A stretch of DNA of 64,000 bases from contig DBGCTZ010000022.1 in the NCBI GenBank assembly GCA_048388685.1, positions 21,382-85,381 of the forward strand, written 5' to 3'. Position numbers and translations under genes: made by a program. The DNA is from Akkermansia sp. (GTDB lineage: Bacteria; Verrucomicrobiota; Verrucomicrobiia; Verrucomicrobiales; Akkermansiaceae). The notes under the pieces are model-generated. The model saw nothing but the letters and a program-made list of their open reading frames with translations, had not been told where the DNA came from and searched no databases. Shown one piece after another: positions 49,399 to 59,907 of this stretch; the first letter of the stretch is position 1, and each line of letters opens with the position of its first letter.

Positions 49399-50532
49399 AT
49401 GCCGCACACCCGTTTAAAAATCCTGTTTCTGGTGGAATCCCTGGCCGGGGGAGGAGCGGAAAAAATTCTGTCCGGCCTGGTGCGTGGCCTGGACCGGGAG
49501 CGTTTTGACGTGACGGTGTGCACGGTGGTGGACTGCGGCCCGTACCGGGAGGCGGTCAGGAGCTGCGCGCGTTACCGCACCGTCGTGAAGGGCCGGGGAT
49601 GGCTCTACCGGATCAGGTACGCGCTGGTGTACCGCTTTCTGCCTGCGGGCTGGATTTACAGATGGAGCATTGCGGGGGATTATGATGTGGAGGTGGCTTT
49701 CACGGAAGGGCTGCCTACGCGCCTGCTGGCGGCGGCCCCGGAGGGAAAGTCCCGGAGGGTTGCCTGGGTTCATGTGGACCTGGAAGCGCGGCCCTGGACG
49801 CAGGAGACGGTGTTCCGGTCGGTGCAGGAGGAACGTGAGGCGTATGCCCGTTTCCAGTCCGTGGTGCATGTGTCGCAAACTGTCCGGGAGGCGTTTGAAC
49901 GGCGTTTTGGAGCGCATGCCGGGTCCGTCGTCCTGCACAATCCGGTGGACCAGGATGACGTGCGGTCCCGTGCCGCTGCCGCGGAGGAAGTGCCGGAAAA
50001 GAAATATTTCCGGATTGTCTCCGTGGGGCGCCTGGTGGAGCAGAAGGGCTTTGACCGGCTGATAGCCGCGCTGGCGCGCCTGAAAGAGCGCGGCTGGACG
50101 GCGGAACTGGTGATTCTGGGAGAGGGTAGCCTGCGGGGGGAACTGGAACGGCAGGCGTCCGCCCTGGGCGTGGCGGATTCCGTCCTGATGCCCGGATTCC
50201 TGGAAAATCCCTACCCGTGGATGCTTAGCGCGGATCTGTTCGTGTGCAGTTCCCGCAGTGAAGGAATGAGCACCGTCATCACGGAGGCGCTGGTGCTGGG
50301 CGTGCCCGTGCTGGCCGTGGAGTGTTCCGGCGTGCGGGAGCAGTTGGGCCAGGGAAGGTTCGGGCGCATTGTGGACAATCATGACGAGGCACTGGTCCAT
50401 GGCATGGAGGATTTCGTGTCCGGGAGGGAATCCTGTGAAGCCTGGCGGGAGAAGGCGGTTCTGGGAGGCCGCGAGGTGGTTTACGGGAATGCCGTGCGGA
50501 AGGTGGAACATTTATTGGAGGGAATGGCATGA
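49399..50532 (+). CDS. GT4 glycosyltransferase
   Basis: GGGAEK, VGRLVEQKGFDRL and SSRSEGMSTVITEAL motifs. Confidence 0.9.
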   Translation: MPHTRLKILFLVESLAGGGAEKILSGLVRGLDRERFDVTVCTVVDCGPYREAVRSCARYRTVVKGRGWLYRIRYALVYRFLPAGWIYRWSIAGDYDVEVAFTEGLPTRLLAAAPEGKSRRVAWVHVDLEARPWTQETVFRSVQEEREAYARFQSVVHVSQTVREAFERRFGAHAGSVVLHNPVDQDDVRSRAAAAEEVPEKKYFRIVSVGRLVEQKGFDRLIAALARLKERGWTAELVILGEGSLRGELERQASALGVADSVLMPGFLENPYPWMLSADLFVCSSRSEGMSTVITEALVLGVPVLAVECSGVREQLGQGRFGRIVDNHDEALVHGMEDFVSGRESCEAWREKAVLGGREVVYGNAVRKVEHLLEGMA

Positions 50533-51677
50533 AGAAGGTGGCGTTTTTTGTCAACAGCCTGTCCGGCGGAGGCGCGGAGAGGATTCTGCAAACCCTGCTG
50601 AACCGCTGGAAGGGAGACCGGTGGGAGGTGGTCATTTATTCCCTGAAGAAGGAGGAAATCCCGTCCGGCTACCCGCGCAGCGTCTCCTTCCGGTTTCTGT
50701 TCGGCGCCCTCCGGGAAGGGGACGGCCCTTGGGCGCGCCTGCGCGTCAAGATCAGGAACGGCCTGAAATTGTGGGTGTACAGGCATTGCTCCCCTTCCGT
50801 TTTTTACTGCCTGTTCATCCGCGGAACCTATGATGTGGAGGCGGCCTTCATTGAAGGCTACGCCACGCGGATTGCCGCCGGCTCCCCCCATGCCGGAAGC
50901 CGCAAGCTGGCCTGGGTCCACATCGACCTGGCCGCCAGCCACTGGACGCTGGACGCCTACCGGAACGCCGAAGAGGAAAGAGCGGTTTACCGCCGCTTTG
51001 ACACGGTGGCCTGCGTCTCCCGGAATGTGCGGGAATCCCTGCTGGAACTGGTTGGCCCCCTGCGGGATGCACGGGTGGTTTACAATCCCCTGGACGTCCC
51101 GCGCATCAGGAGCAGGGCCGGGGAGTTTGTTCCGGAACGCCCGGAGGGAACCGTGCTTTTCTGCGCGTCCGGGCGGCTGGTCCCGCAGAAGGGCTTTGAC
51201 CGTCTGGTGGCGGCCTGCCGCGATTTGGCGCGGAAGGGGTTTTCCTTCCATCTCTGGATTCTGGGGGAGGGGCCGGAGAGGAAGGCGCTGGAAGGCATGA
51301 TCGCGGAGGGGAATTTGCAGGACAGGATCACCCTGCTGGGGCAGCGGGAAAATCCGTATCCCTATGTGCAGGCGGCGGACTGGCTGGTTTGTTCCTCCCG
51401 CAGCGAGGGGTATTCCACCGTGATTTCCGAGAGCCTGGTTCTCGGCACGCCCGTGGTAGCCACGCTGTGTTCCGGGGTCCGGGAACAATTGGGGAACGGG
51501 GAATTCGGGCTGGTGGCGGAGAATCACGCGCCGGGGATTTACCGCATGCTTGAAGATATTTTGACGGGAAAGGCTGATTACCGGGACTACTGCGGGCGGG
51601 CGCGCCGCGGGGGAAGCCGGTTTGACCTGGATGAACAGATGAAGGCCGTGGAACGGATATTTGAAGAAACGTGCTGA
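50529..51677 (+). CDS. GT4 glycosyltransferase (paralogue of the preceding gene)
   Basis: GGGAER, GRLVPQKGFDRL and SSRSEGYSTVISESL motifs. Confidence 0.9.
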   Translation: MKKVAFFVNSLSGGGAERILQTLLNRWKGDRWEVVIYSLKKEEIPSGYPRSVSFRFLFGALREGDGPWARLRVKIRNGLKLWVYRHCSPSVFYCLFIRGTYDVEAAFIEGYATRIAAGSPHAGSRKLAWVHIDLAASHWTLDAYRNAEEERAVYRRFDTVACVSRNVRESLLELVGPLRDARVVYNPLDVPRIRSRAGEFVPERPEGTVLFCASGRLVPQKGFDRLVAACRDLARKGFSFHLWILGEGPERKALEGMIAEGNLQDRITLLGQRENPYPYVQAADWLVCSSRSEGYSTVISESLVLGTPVVATLCSGVREQLGNGEFGLVAENHAPGIYRMLEDILTGKADYRDYCGRARRGGSRFDLDEQMKAVERIFEETC

Positions 51678-51682
51678 CCGCC

Positions 51683-52690
51683 ATGCCCTTTGTCTCCGTC
51701 ATCATTCCCGTGTTCAACGCAGGGCGCTTTCTTGAAAAATGCGTGAGGTCCGTGCTGGAACAGACCTTTACGGATTTTGACGTGTGCCTGGTGGACGACG
51801 GCTCCACGGACGGAAGCGGACGGGTGTGCGATGCACTGGCTTCCGGAGACAAGCGCGTGCGGGTCATTCATCTGGACAGGAACAGGGGGGTATCCGCCGC
51901 AAGAAACCGCGGCATGATGGAAACGGAGGGGAAATGGCTGTGCTTCATTGACGGGGATGACTGGGTGACGCCCACCTACCTTCAGGAACTGGCCGCCGCC
52001 GTGGAGGATGGCGCCTGCGATCTGGTGGTGGAGGGAATGCGTTCCGTCCGCGCCGGAAAAAAGGATGAAGTAACGGTGCCTCAGCCTGTGGAGCTGGATG
52101 CCAGTCCCGGAGAAGAGGAGGAATGGATCAGGCTCTTCCGCTCCTTCCTGCTCTTTGTCCCGGTGGTGAAGCTGTACCGGCGCACCCTGCTGGCACGGCA
52201 TGCCATCCGTTTTCCGGAAGACGTTTCTTACGGAGAGGACCTGATGTTCAACATGGCGTACCTGAAATACATCAGGCGTTTGAGAACCGTGGACAGGGCC
52301 GGCTACTTTTACCGCAGGGCGGAGGAGGGAACCCTGTCCACGCGGTTTGTCCCGGAAAAATTCATCTGGATTGTCCGGCAGTTCCGTCTGGAGCGGAAAT
52401 ATTTCCACACCCGGAGGCTTGAAGGGGAGGAGGTGGAGAAGTACCTGGCGTTCCGCTGGTGGGGGCTCGTGTACAATTCCCTGTTTGAAATATACCATTT
52501 CCGTGATCACTATGGCCTGACGGGCCGCAGGCGCGCGGTGCGGGCCATCGTGGGAACGCCGGAAAACAATCTGCTGCGCGCCTATCCGGATGTATTCCAC
52601 TGCCCGGGGTGGATGCGCGTCTGTTTGTTCCACTGCCTGCCCTTCTCCCTGTTCCTGCTGATGGAAGGGGCGTGTGCCCGGAAAAAATAA
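51683..52690 (+). CDS. GT2 glycosyltransferase
   Basis: VSVIIPVFN, VDDGSTD, FIDGDD and GEDLMFN motifs. Confidence 0.9.
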   Translation: MPFVSVIIPVFNAGRFLEKCVRSVLEQTFTDFDVCLVDDGSTDGSGRVCDALASGDKRVRVIHLDRNRGVSAARNRGMMETEGKWLCFIDGDDWVTPTYLQELAAAVEDGACDLVVEGMRSVRAGKKDEVTVPQPVELDASPGEEEEWIRLFRSFLLFVPVVKLYRRTLLARHAIRFPEDVSYGEDLMFNMAYLKYIRRLRTVDRAGYFYRRAEEGTLSTRFVPEKFIWIVRQFRLERKYFHTRRLEGEEVEKYLAFRWWGLVYNSLFEIYHFRDHYGLTGRRRAVRAIVGTPENNLLRAYPDVFHCPGWMRVCLFHCLPFSLFLLMEGACARKK

Positions 52691-52701
52691 ATTGGATTGG
52701 C

Positions 52702-53871
52702 ATGAATAAGATTCTTTTATATCCCCATGGAGGAAGCGGCAATCACGGCTGCGAGGCGATCGTCAGGTCCACGATGCTGCTGCTCCGTCCGGAAGAGGGG
52801 GTGCTGTTCTCCTCCGCTTGCGGGGAAGACATCCGTTATGGCCTGGACCGGACGGTGCGCGTGCTGCCGGAGCAGAGGCCCATACGCAGATGCTCCGCGG
52901 GATACGCGGGGGCATGGCTGCGGCGGCATGTGCTGGGCGTCCCGGACGCCTTTGACCGCCTGGCCTTCGGCGGCATTGCGGAGGAAGGAAGGGATGCCTG
53001 CGTGGCCCTGTGCAGCGGCGGGGACAACTACTGCTACGGGGAACCCGTGCATATCTATTTGCAGAACGGCCTGCTGCGCCGCGCCGGCGTGCCTACCGTG
53101 CTGTGGGGGTGCTCCCTGGAGCGGGAGGACATGAAGGGCGCCATGCTGGAGGACCTGAGGGCCTTTGACCTGATTGTGGCGCGGGAGTCCCTGACGTGCG
53201 ACGCCCTGCGGGCATGCGGATGTTCCCGCACCGTCCTGTATCCGGACCCCGCGTTCGCCCTCCAGGTGAAGGAGGCCGCCCTTCCGGAAGGCTGGAAGGA
53301 AGGGAACATGGCGGGCATCAACGTCAGCCCCCTGGTCATCGGGCATGAGGGGAGGGCCGGCGCCGTGATGGAAAATTACGCGCGGCTCCTGGAATACCTG
53401 CTGAACGAGACGGAGATGAACGTGGCCCTGATCCCCCATGTGGTGTGGCCCGGCAATGACGACCGGAAGCCGCTGGCGGAACTGCATGAGCGGTTCAGGC
53501 ATACGGGCCGCGTCCTCATGCTCGGGGATGCCCCCTGCGAGGAATTGAAAGGATACATCTCCCGGTGCCGTTTTCTGGTGGCCGCACGCACGCACGCCTC
53601 CATTGCCGCCTATTCCACGGGCGTTCCGGCGCTGGTGGTGGGCTATTCCGTAAAGGCCCGGGGGATTGCCCGCGATCTGTTCGGGACGGAAGAAGGCCAC
53701 GTGCTCCCGGCGCAGGCGCTGGATGACCCGGATGAACTGCGGAAGGCGTTTGTGGTGATGATGGAAAGGGAGGATGAACTGAAGGCCGTTTATGCGGAGA
53801 AGCTTCCCGGGTACCGGGAACGCCTGGAGCAGTTGCCGGAGGAACTTTCAACCCTGCTGAAACGGTCATGA
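52702..53871 (+). CDS. Polysaccharide pyruvyl transferase family protein (WcaK-like)
   Basis: GSGNHGCEA, GGDNY, ARESLT, PDPAF and ARTHASIAA...VP...GYSVK motifs. Confidence 0.8.
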   Translation: MNKILLYPHGGSGNHGCEAIVRSTMLLLRPEEGVLFSSACGEDIRYGLDRTVRVLPEQRPIRRCSAGYAGAWLRRHVLGVPDAFDRLAFGGIAEEGRDACVALCSGGDNYCYGEPVHIYLQNGLLRRAGVPTVLWGCSLEREDMKGAMLEDLRAFDLIVARESLTCDALRACGCSRTVLYPDPAFALQVKEAALPEGWKEGNMAGINVSPLVIGHEGRAGAVMENYARLLEYLLNETEMNVALIPHVVWPGNDDRKPLAELHERFRHTGRVLMLGDAPCEELKGYISRCRFLVAARTHASIAAYSTGVPALVVGYSVKARGIARDLFGTEEGHVLPAQALDDPDELRKAFVVMMEREDELKAVYAEKLPGYRERLEQLPEELSTLLKRS

Positions 53872-55058
53872 CGTTTTATGTTTCCATGCTGTCCGTCCTG
53901 CTCCTGCTGGCCCTGGCTGTGGTCTGCGTGGACGCCTGGCGCTTCATGGGAACGCTGGCGGGGCGTTTCCGCATCGGGCGCTGGCAGGACCGGCGCGCCT
54001 GGCAGGACGCTCTTGCCCGGACGGCCCTGTCCTGGACGCGGCGCATGCCCGCCGTCCCCAAGAGGGACCAGGGCAGGCGCATCCTGTGGGAGATGGCGCG
54101 CGGAACGTATGCGGATACCGCTATCCAGGGCTGGCAGGCGGCGGGGCTTTTCCTGGGCCTGCATGCCTATGCGGCGGGCAGGAAGGATGAAGAGCTGAAG
54201 GAAAGGCTGCGCCGCAATCTGGAAGGCCATGAACTGGTGAAGAATTTTCTGGCCGTTCCGGAACCGGAACGGTGGGAGGCGGACCGCCTGCTGCTGGATT
54301 ACGCCGTGCTGGAAGCCGGATGCCGGGGCGCCGAGCAGGTGGCGCAGGCTTCCGCCGCGCTGCTGGAATCCCTCCGGACGGAGGCGGGGACGCTGGCTTA
54401 CAGGCGCAGGCAGCCCGGCATGCGCTACGTGGATACCATCGGCCTGGCCTGTCCGATGGCCGCCGCCTGTGCGGCCCGTACGGGGCGGGAGGAATACTGG
54501 GAGCTGGCGGTGAAGCAGGTGGAGGAATATGACAGGGCCCTGCTGCCGCATTCCTCCTTCCCGGCCCACGGGTTTGAGATGGAACGCGGCTACCCGCTGG
54601 GGCTGTATGACTGGTCCCGCGGCATCGGCTGGTATGCGCTGGGCCTGTGTGAACTGTACCTCCTGATGTCTGTGCACGGCAGGCCGGAGGCGGACGGAAT
54701 GGCGCGGCGCATTCTGGCGCTGGCGGAGGAAGTGCTTCCCCTTCAGAAAAAGAACGGGGGCTTCGGCTGGATGGTCGCCAGGCCGGAATCCGTGTTTGAA
54801 TCCTCCGGCACGGCTTTGCTGGGCCTGCTGTTGCTGACGGCCTCCCGCATTTCCGGAGAGGACCGTTTTCTGGACGCCGCGTTCCATGTGGAAAAGGCGC
54901 TGATGGGAGTGACGCGGCGCAGCGGCGTGCTGGACATGTGCCAGGGGGATACCAAGGGAATCGGCATGTATTCCGACGTGTGGAACCTGATGCCGTTCGC
55001 CCAGGGAATGGCCCTGCGGCTGAGCATGGAACTGAACGGGGAGGAACGCAGGCCATGA
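53868..55058 (+). CDS. GH88/GH105-like (alpha/alpha)6 hydrolase with an N-terminal membrane anchor
   Basis: YVDTIGLACP, P.HG, WSRGIGWY and ESSGTA motifs typical of unsaturated glycuronyl hydrolases. Confidence 0.7.
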   Translation: MTFYVSMLSVLLLLALAVVCVDAWRFMGTLAGRFRIGRWQDRRAWQDALARTALSWTRRMPAVPKRDQGRRILWEMARGTYADTAIQGWQAAGLFLGLHAYAAGRKDEELKERLRRNLEGHELVKNFLAVPEPERWEADRLLLDYAVLEAGCRGAEQVAQASAALLESLRTEAGTLAYRRRQPGMRYVDTIGLACPMAAACAARTGREEYWELAVKQVEEYDRALLPHSSFPAHGFEMERGYPLGLYDWSRGIGWYALGLCELYLLMSVHGRPEADGMARRILALAEEVLPLQKKNGGFGWMVARPESVFESSGTALLGLLLLTASRISGEDRFLDAAFHVEKALMGVTRRSGVLDMCQGDTKGIGMYSDVWNLMPFAQGMALRLSMELNGEERRP

Positions 55059-56569
55059 GGACGCTGAACTCCGGAAAGAATTTCCTGGTGACCATCAGCC
55101 TGATGATCACGATGACCCTGCTGGGCTTTGTGACGCGCAAGCTGTTCGTCAATGAAATCGGGGTGGAGTATCTGGGCCTCAACGGCCTGCTGACCAACAT
55201 CCTGGCGGCTGTCACGCTGCTGGAATCCGGCTTTGGAACCAGCGTGGTTTTCCACCTTTACAAGCCGCTGGCGGAGAATGACCAGCCGCGGATTCTGGCC
55301 CTGCTCCAATTTTACCGCAGGGTGTACCGCATCATTGCCGCCGCCGTCTTTGTCCTGTGCCTGGCTCTGTATCCGTTCCTGGGCTGCTTCATCAAGGATG
55401 AAGGGCATCTGGACTACCTGACCCTGGTGTATTTCATCTTCGTCTTCAACTCCATCGTGCCGTACCTGACGGCCTACAAGAATTCCCTGATCAATGCGGA
55501 CCAGAAGAATTACCGGCTGGGGACCATCAACTTCGTCTACCAGGTGGGCCTGAACCTGTCCAAGCTGGCTATCCTGTACTACACGGCCAACTACGTGATG
55601 TACCTGGTGGTGGAATCCCTGTTCATCGCGGGGTTCAACGTGGCTATGGTGCGCAAGGTGGACGCCCTGTACCCCTACGTGAAGAGCAGGGCGGCGCATG
55701 CGCTGGACGCCGTGACGAAAAGCCAGATCGTCGTCAACGTCAAGGCTCTGTTCCTGCACAGCGTGGGCGGGTACTTCATGCACTCCACCAGCAACATCGT
55801 CATTTCCAGCTTCGTAGGGCTGGCGGCGGTGGGCTTCTATTCCAACTACATGCTGGTGGTGGGGACCATCTCCACCTTCGTCATGCAGGTGATCAACAGC
55901 ATGGCGGAAAGCGTGGGGAACCTGATTGCCAGTGAGGACCGGGGACATGTGTACGAGATTTTCCGGAGGGTCTTCCTGATCAACTTCCTGATTTGCGGGG
56001 TGGCCTCCATCGTTCTGCTGAACACGCTGAACCCGTTCATCTCCTGGTGGCTGGGGCCGGACTACACCCTGTCCGGCGCGTGCTCCTTCGTCATCATCCT
56101 GAACTTCTTTGTAGTGGGCATGCGGCGCTCCGCCATGGTGTTCAAGACCAAGGCGGGCATCTTCCACCAGGACCGTTACTCCCCCCTCCTTCAAGGCGTG
56201 ATCAACGTCATCCTGTCCGTCACGCTGGTGCAGTGGTGGGGCATTGCGGGCGTGCTGCTGGCGGCGACGCTCAGCCTGCTTTCCATCGGCGTCTGGCAGT
56301 TCCCCCGGCTGGTGTACAGGCATGTATTCCACCAGCCGCTGAGGCGGTACTTCATCACGTACGGGTGGTACCTGCTGCTGGCGGCGGCGGGGTATGTGCT
56401 GACGTATCCCCTCTGCTCCCGTTCCTATTTTTCCTCCCCCCTGGCTGACCTGTTCATGTGGGGGAGTATTTCCGTTGTTATTCCGCTGGGGCTGGATGTC
56501 CTCGTCCTGTTCAGGACGGGGCCCTTCCGTGGGCTGATGGGCCACATGCGCACGCTGGTATGCAGATGA
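55055..56569 (+). CDS. wzx: Polysaccharide flippase (MOP/PST family)
   Basis: About 12-14 TM segments; LGLNGL..NIL..L.ESGFG..LYKPLA motif. Confidence 0.85.
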   Translation: MRTLNSGKNFLVTISLMITMTLLGFVTRKLFVNEIGVEYLGLNGLLTNILAAVTLLESGFGTSVVFHLYKPLAENDQPRILALLQFYRRVYRIIAAAVFVLCLALYPFLGCFIKDEGHLDYLTLVYFIFVFNSIVPYLTAYKNSLINADQKNYRLGTINFVYQVGLNLSKLAILYYTANYVMYLVVESLFIAGFNVAMVRKVDALYPYVKSRAAHALDAVTKSQIVVNVKALFLHSVGGYFMHSTSNIVISSFVGLAAVGFYSNYMLVVGTISTFVMQVINSMAESVGNLIASEDRGHVYEIFRRVFLINFLICGVASIVLLNTLNPFISWWLGPDYTLSGACSFVIILNFFVVGMRRSAMVFKTKAGIFHQDRYSPLLQGVINVILSVTLVQWWGIAGVLLAATLSLLSIGVWQFPRLVYRHVFHQPLRRYFITYGWYLLLAAAGYVLTYPLCSRSYFSSPLADLFMWGSISVVIPLGLDVLVLFRTGPFRGLMGHMRTLVCR

Positions 56570-57753
56570 AACGTATCTTTATAGCTATTCAGTACATGGA
56601 ACTGGGGGGCGCGGAACGCGCTCTCCTGGGGCTGCTGGACGCGCTGGACACTTCCCGCTTCCAGGTGGACCTGTTTGTTTACCGCCATTCCGGGGAGCTG
56701 ATGCCGCTCATCCCGTCCGGGGTGAACCTGCTGCCGGAGCTGCCCGCGTACCGCGCCATTTCCCGGCCTCTGAAAGACATTCTGCTGGAAGGCAGGCTGG
56801 GCATCGCCGGGGCGCGGCTGTGGGCCAAATGGCGTTCCGCGCAGTTTGGAAAGCGTCTGGACGGACCGGAAAACTACGCCGTCTTTGACGATGCGGCAGC
56901 GGCTGTCTCCCCCTTTCTGCCTTCCCTGAACAAGCTGGGGGTGTACGATCTGGCCATCAGCTTCCTGACGCCCCACCGCATTGTGCGGGACAAGGTGCTG
57001 GCCCGCAGGAAAATAGCCTGGATTCATACGGACTACTCGTCCATCGGCATCAATGCGGAGCGTGAACTTCCGGTGTGGCGCAGTTATGACCATATCATCT
57101 CCATCTCCCCGCAGGCGGGCAGGGGCTTCCTGGCCCGCTTCCCGGAACTGGAAGACAAACTGGTGCTGATGGAGAACATCATTTCCCCGGAAGCGGTGCG
57201 GGAGCAGGCCGCGCTGGAGGACGCCTCCGGCGTGATGGGCGGCTCCCCCTGCCTGTGCACCGTGGGAAGGTTCTCCCATGCCAAGGGGATGGACCGCGCC
57301 GTCCGGCTGGCCGCGCGCCTGGTGGGCCTGGGCATGGAACGGCTCCGCTGGCATCTCATCGGCTACGGGGATGAGGCGTCCGTGCGCCGGGAAATAGCGG
57401 ACTGCGGCATGGAGGAGCACGTCATCATGCTGGGGAAGAAGGCCAACCCGTATCCCTATATGGCCGCCTGTGACCTGTACGTTCAGCCGTCCCGGTATGA
57501 AGGAAAGGCCGTGGCGGTAAGGGAGGCGCAGATTCTGGGCCGTCCCGTAGCCATCACCCGGTTCCCGACCTCCGCCGGGCATCTGGAAGACGGGGTGGAC
57601 GGCGTCATCATCCCGAATGAGGAGGAGGGCGCCGCCGTGGAACTGTTCCGCCTGCTGAATGACGCCGGACGGTTGGAACGCCTGTCTGCGGAATGCCGCG
57701 GAAGGGACTACGGCAACCGTGATGAAATCCTGAAACTGGAGGCATTGATTTGA
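56566..57753 (+). CDS. GT4 glycosyltransferase
   Basis: GGAERAL, AWIHTDY, VGRFSHAKG and PSRYEGKAVAVREAQ motifs. Confidence 0.9.
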   Translation: MKRIFIAIQYMELGGAERALLGLLDALDTSRFQVDLFVYRHSGELMPLIPSGVNLLPELPAYRAISRPLKDILLEGRLGIAGARLWAKWRSAQFGKRLDGPENYAVFDDAAAAVSPFLPSLNKLGVYDLAISFLTPHRIVRDKVLARRKIAWIHTDYSSIGINAERELPVWRSYDHIISISPQAGRGFLARFPELEDKLVLMENIISPEAVREQAALEDASGVMGGSPCLCTVGRFSHAKGMDRAVRLAARLVGLGMERLRWHLIGYGDEASVRREIADCGMEEHVIMLGKKANPYPYMAACDLYVQPSRYEGKAVAVREAQILGRPVAITRFPTSAGHLEDGVDGVIIPNEEEGAAVELFRLLNDAGRLERLSAECRGRDYGNRDEILKLEALI

Positions 57754-57754
57754 C

Positions 57755-58870
57755 ATGGGAAGACGCCTGCTGTACATCACCAATGGAATTACCGGAGCGG
57801 GAGGGCTGGAACGCGTGCTCTCCGTCCGGACGCGCCTGCTTGCGGAAAAGTACGGGGATGAAATCCATGTGCTGACGCTGAATGAGGAGGGGCGTGGGCC
57901 CTTTTACGACTTTTACCCCGGCCTCCGCCTCCATGATGTGCGCATGCAGGGCAGCCCCGCCGCCCGTCTGCTGGCCTGGGCGCGCGGAATCAGGGAGGCG
58001 GTGCGCGAGGTGCGCCCGGACGTGATTGCGGTGTGTGACGACGGCTTCAAGGGGTTCTGGATTCCTCTTCTGGTGAAGGGTTTCCGGGTTCCCGTGATTT
58101 ATGAGCGGCACGTTTCCCGGCTGATTCAGGCGGAAGGGGCAAGGTTTCCGGCATTCATGCGCCTGGAATTTGCCGCCATGCGCCTGCTGGGCGGGATGTT
58201 CTCCCGCTTTGTGGTGCTTACCCCGGGAAACAGGGCGGAATGGCCCATGGCCCGGGTGGAGGTGATTCCCAATCCCCTGCCGTTTTATCCGGAGGTCCCT
58301 TCCTCCGGACGGGAAAAGCGGGTGATTGCCGTCGGCAAGATTTCCCCCCAGAAAAACTATGGCGCGCTGCTCCGTGCGTGGAAGGACGTGCACGGGAAAT
58401 TCCCGGATTGGAAGCTGGACCTGTTCGGCGCGGAAAAGGATGGCGGGGAGCTGAGGAAAGAGATTCAGGACGCAGGGCTGGAAGACAGTTTCCTGCTGCA
58501 TCCCCCCACGCGGGAGATCATGCGGGAGTACCTGGCTTCTTCCATCTGTGCCATGTCTTCCCGGTATGAAGGGTTCGGCATGATGCTGGCGGAGGCGATG
58601 GCGTGCGGCGTGCCGTGCGCGGCCTTTGACTGCCCCTGCGGCCCCGGTGACATTATCCGCCACGGGGAGGACGGCCTGCTGGCAGAAGCGGGGAACGTCC
58701 CTGAACTGGCCTCCGCGCTGGAACGCCTGATGGGGGATGAAGAACGGCGCGCCTCCATGGCCGTGAAGGCGCGGGAGAATGTGAAACGCTACGCGGCGGA
58801 GACGGTGACGGCCCAGTGGGACGCCCTGTTCAACCGCGTGCTGGAAGAAAAGAAGGGAGGCCGCGCATGA
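57755..58870 (+). CDS. GT4 glycosyltransferase (AmsD-like)
   Basis: GGLERV, VIPNP and SSRYEGFGMMLAEAMACG..FDCPCGP motifs. Confidence 0.9.
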   Translation: MGRRLLYITNGITGAGGLERVLSVRTRLLAEKYGDEIHVLTLNEEGRGPFYDFYPGLRLHDVRMQGSPAARLLAWARGIREAVREVRPDVIAVCDDGFKGFWIPLLVKGFRVPVIYERHVSRLIQAEGARFPAFMRLEFAAMRLLGGMFSRFVVLTPGNRAEWPMARVEVIPNPLPFYPEVPSSGREKRVIAVGKISPQKNYGALLRAWKDVHGKFPDWKLDLFGAEKDGGELRKEIQDAGLEDSFLLHPPTREIMREYLASSICAMSSRYEGFGMMLAEAMACGVPCAAFDCPCGPGDIIRHGEDGLLAEAGNVPELASALERLMGDEERRASMAVKARENVKRYAAETVTAQWDALFNRVLEEKKGGRA

Positions 58871-59907
58871 TTTCCGTCATTGTTCCCGCCTATAATGCGG
58901 AGGCCTACCTGTCCCGTTGCATGGAAAGCATCCTGAACCAGACGTACCGGAATCTCCAGGTGATCTGCGTGAACGATGGTTCCACGGACGGCACCGGGGA
59001 GGTGCTGGAAGAACTTGCCCGCACGGATGGCCGTGTGAAGGTGGTTGGCCGCCCGAACTCCGGCCTTTCCGCCTCCCGCAACGCCGGGCTGGAACTGGCG
59101 GAGGGGGAATACGTGATGTTTGTGGATGCGGACGACTGGCTGGACGGGCATGCGTGCGCGGATGCCGTGGAAGCCATGGAGCGGAGGGAAGCGGACGTTG
59201 TGTTCTGGAGCTACACCCGGGAATATGAAACGGCTTCCTCCCCGGTGTTGTTCTGGCCGGAGGAACGGGTGTTTGAAGGGGAATCCATGGTCTGGCTGAG
59301 GAACCGGCTATTGGGGCCGGACGGCTCCGAACTGGCCCGTCCGGAACGGCTGGATTCCTACGGTACGGCCTGGGGCAAGCTCTACAGGCGCGCCCTGTTC
59401 CGGGAGGGGAACGCGTCCTTCGTTGATACGGCCCTCATCGGCTCCGCGGAAGACGTGCTCTGCAATCTCTCCCTGTTCGGCGCGGCGCGCCGCGCCGTGT
59501 ACATTCCCTCCACCTTCTACCATTACCGGAAGACGGCGGCGGGGGCTCTGACCAAACGGTACAAGCCCAACCTGACCGCCCAGTGGGAGGAACTCTTCCG
59601 GCGGATGACCCTGCATGTGCAGGAAAATGGAGCCTCCGCGGAGGCGGAACGCGCCTTGCGGAACCGCATGGCCGTCTCCGTCATCTTCCTGGGCCTGAAC
59701 GTCTGCGACGCGCCGGGGTCCGCCTTCGTGAAATGCGGCATGCTCCGCACCCTGCTGAAACGGGACTGGTGCTGTACGGCGGTGAAAGGCCTGCCGCTGG
59801 CTCCCCTGCCTCCGCACTGGAAAGTGTTTTTCCTGAACGCGAAACTGGGCTTCGTGCCCGGTTTGTATCTCCTTCTGACAGCCATTAAAAGAATCCTGGC
59901 AACATGA
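58867..59907 (+). CDS. GT2 glycosyltransferase (EpsJ-like)
   Basis: ISVIVPAYN, VNDGSTD, FVDADD, WGKLY and AEDVLCN motifs. Confidence 0.9.
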   Translation: MISVIVPAYNAEAYLSRCMESILNQTYRNLQVICVNDGSTDGTGEVLEELARTDGRVKVVGRPNSGLSASRNAGLELAEGEYVMFVDADDWLDGHACADAVEAMERREADVVFWSYTREYETASSPVLFWPEERVFEGESMVWLRNRLLGPDGSELARPERLDSYGTAWGKLYRRALFREGNASFVDTALIGSAEDVLCNLSLFGAARRAVYIPSTFYHYRKTAAGALTKRYKPNLTAQWEELFRRMTLHVQENGASAEAERALRNRMAVSVIFLGLNVCDAPGSAFVKCGMLRTLLKRDWCCTAVKGLPLAPLPPHWKVFFLNAKLGFVPGLYLLLTAIKRILAT

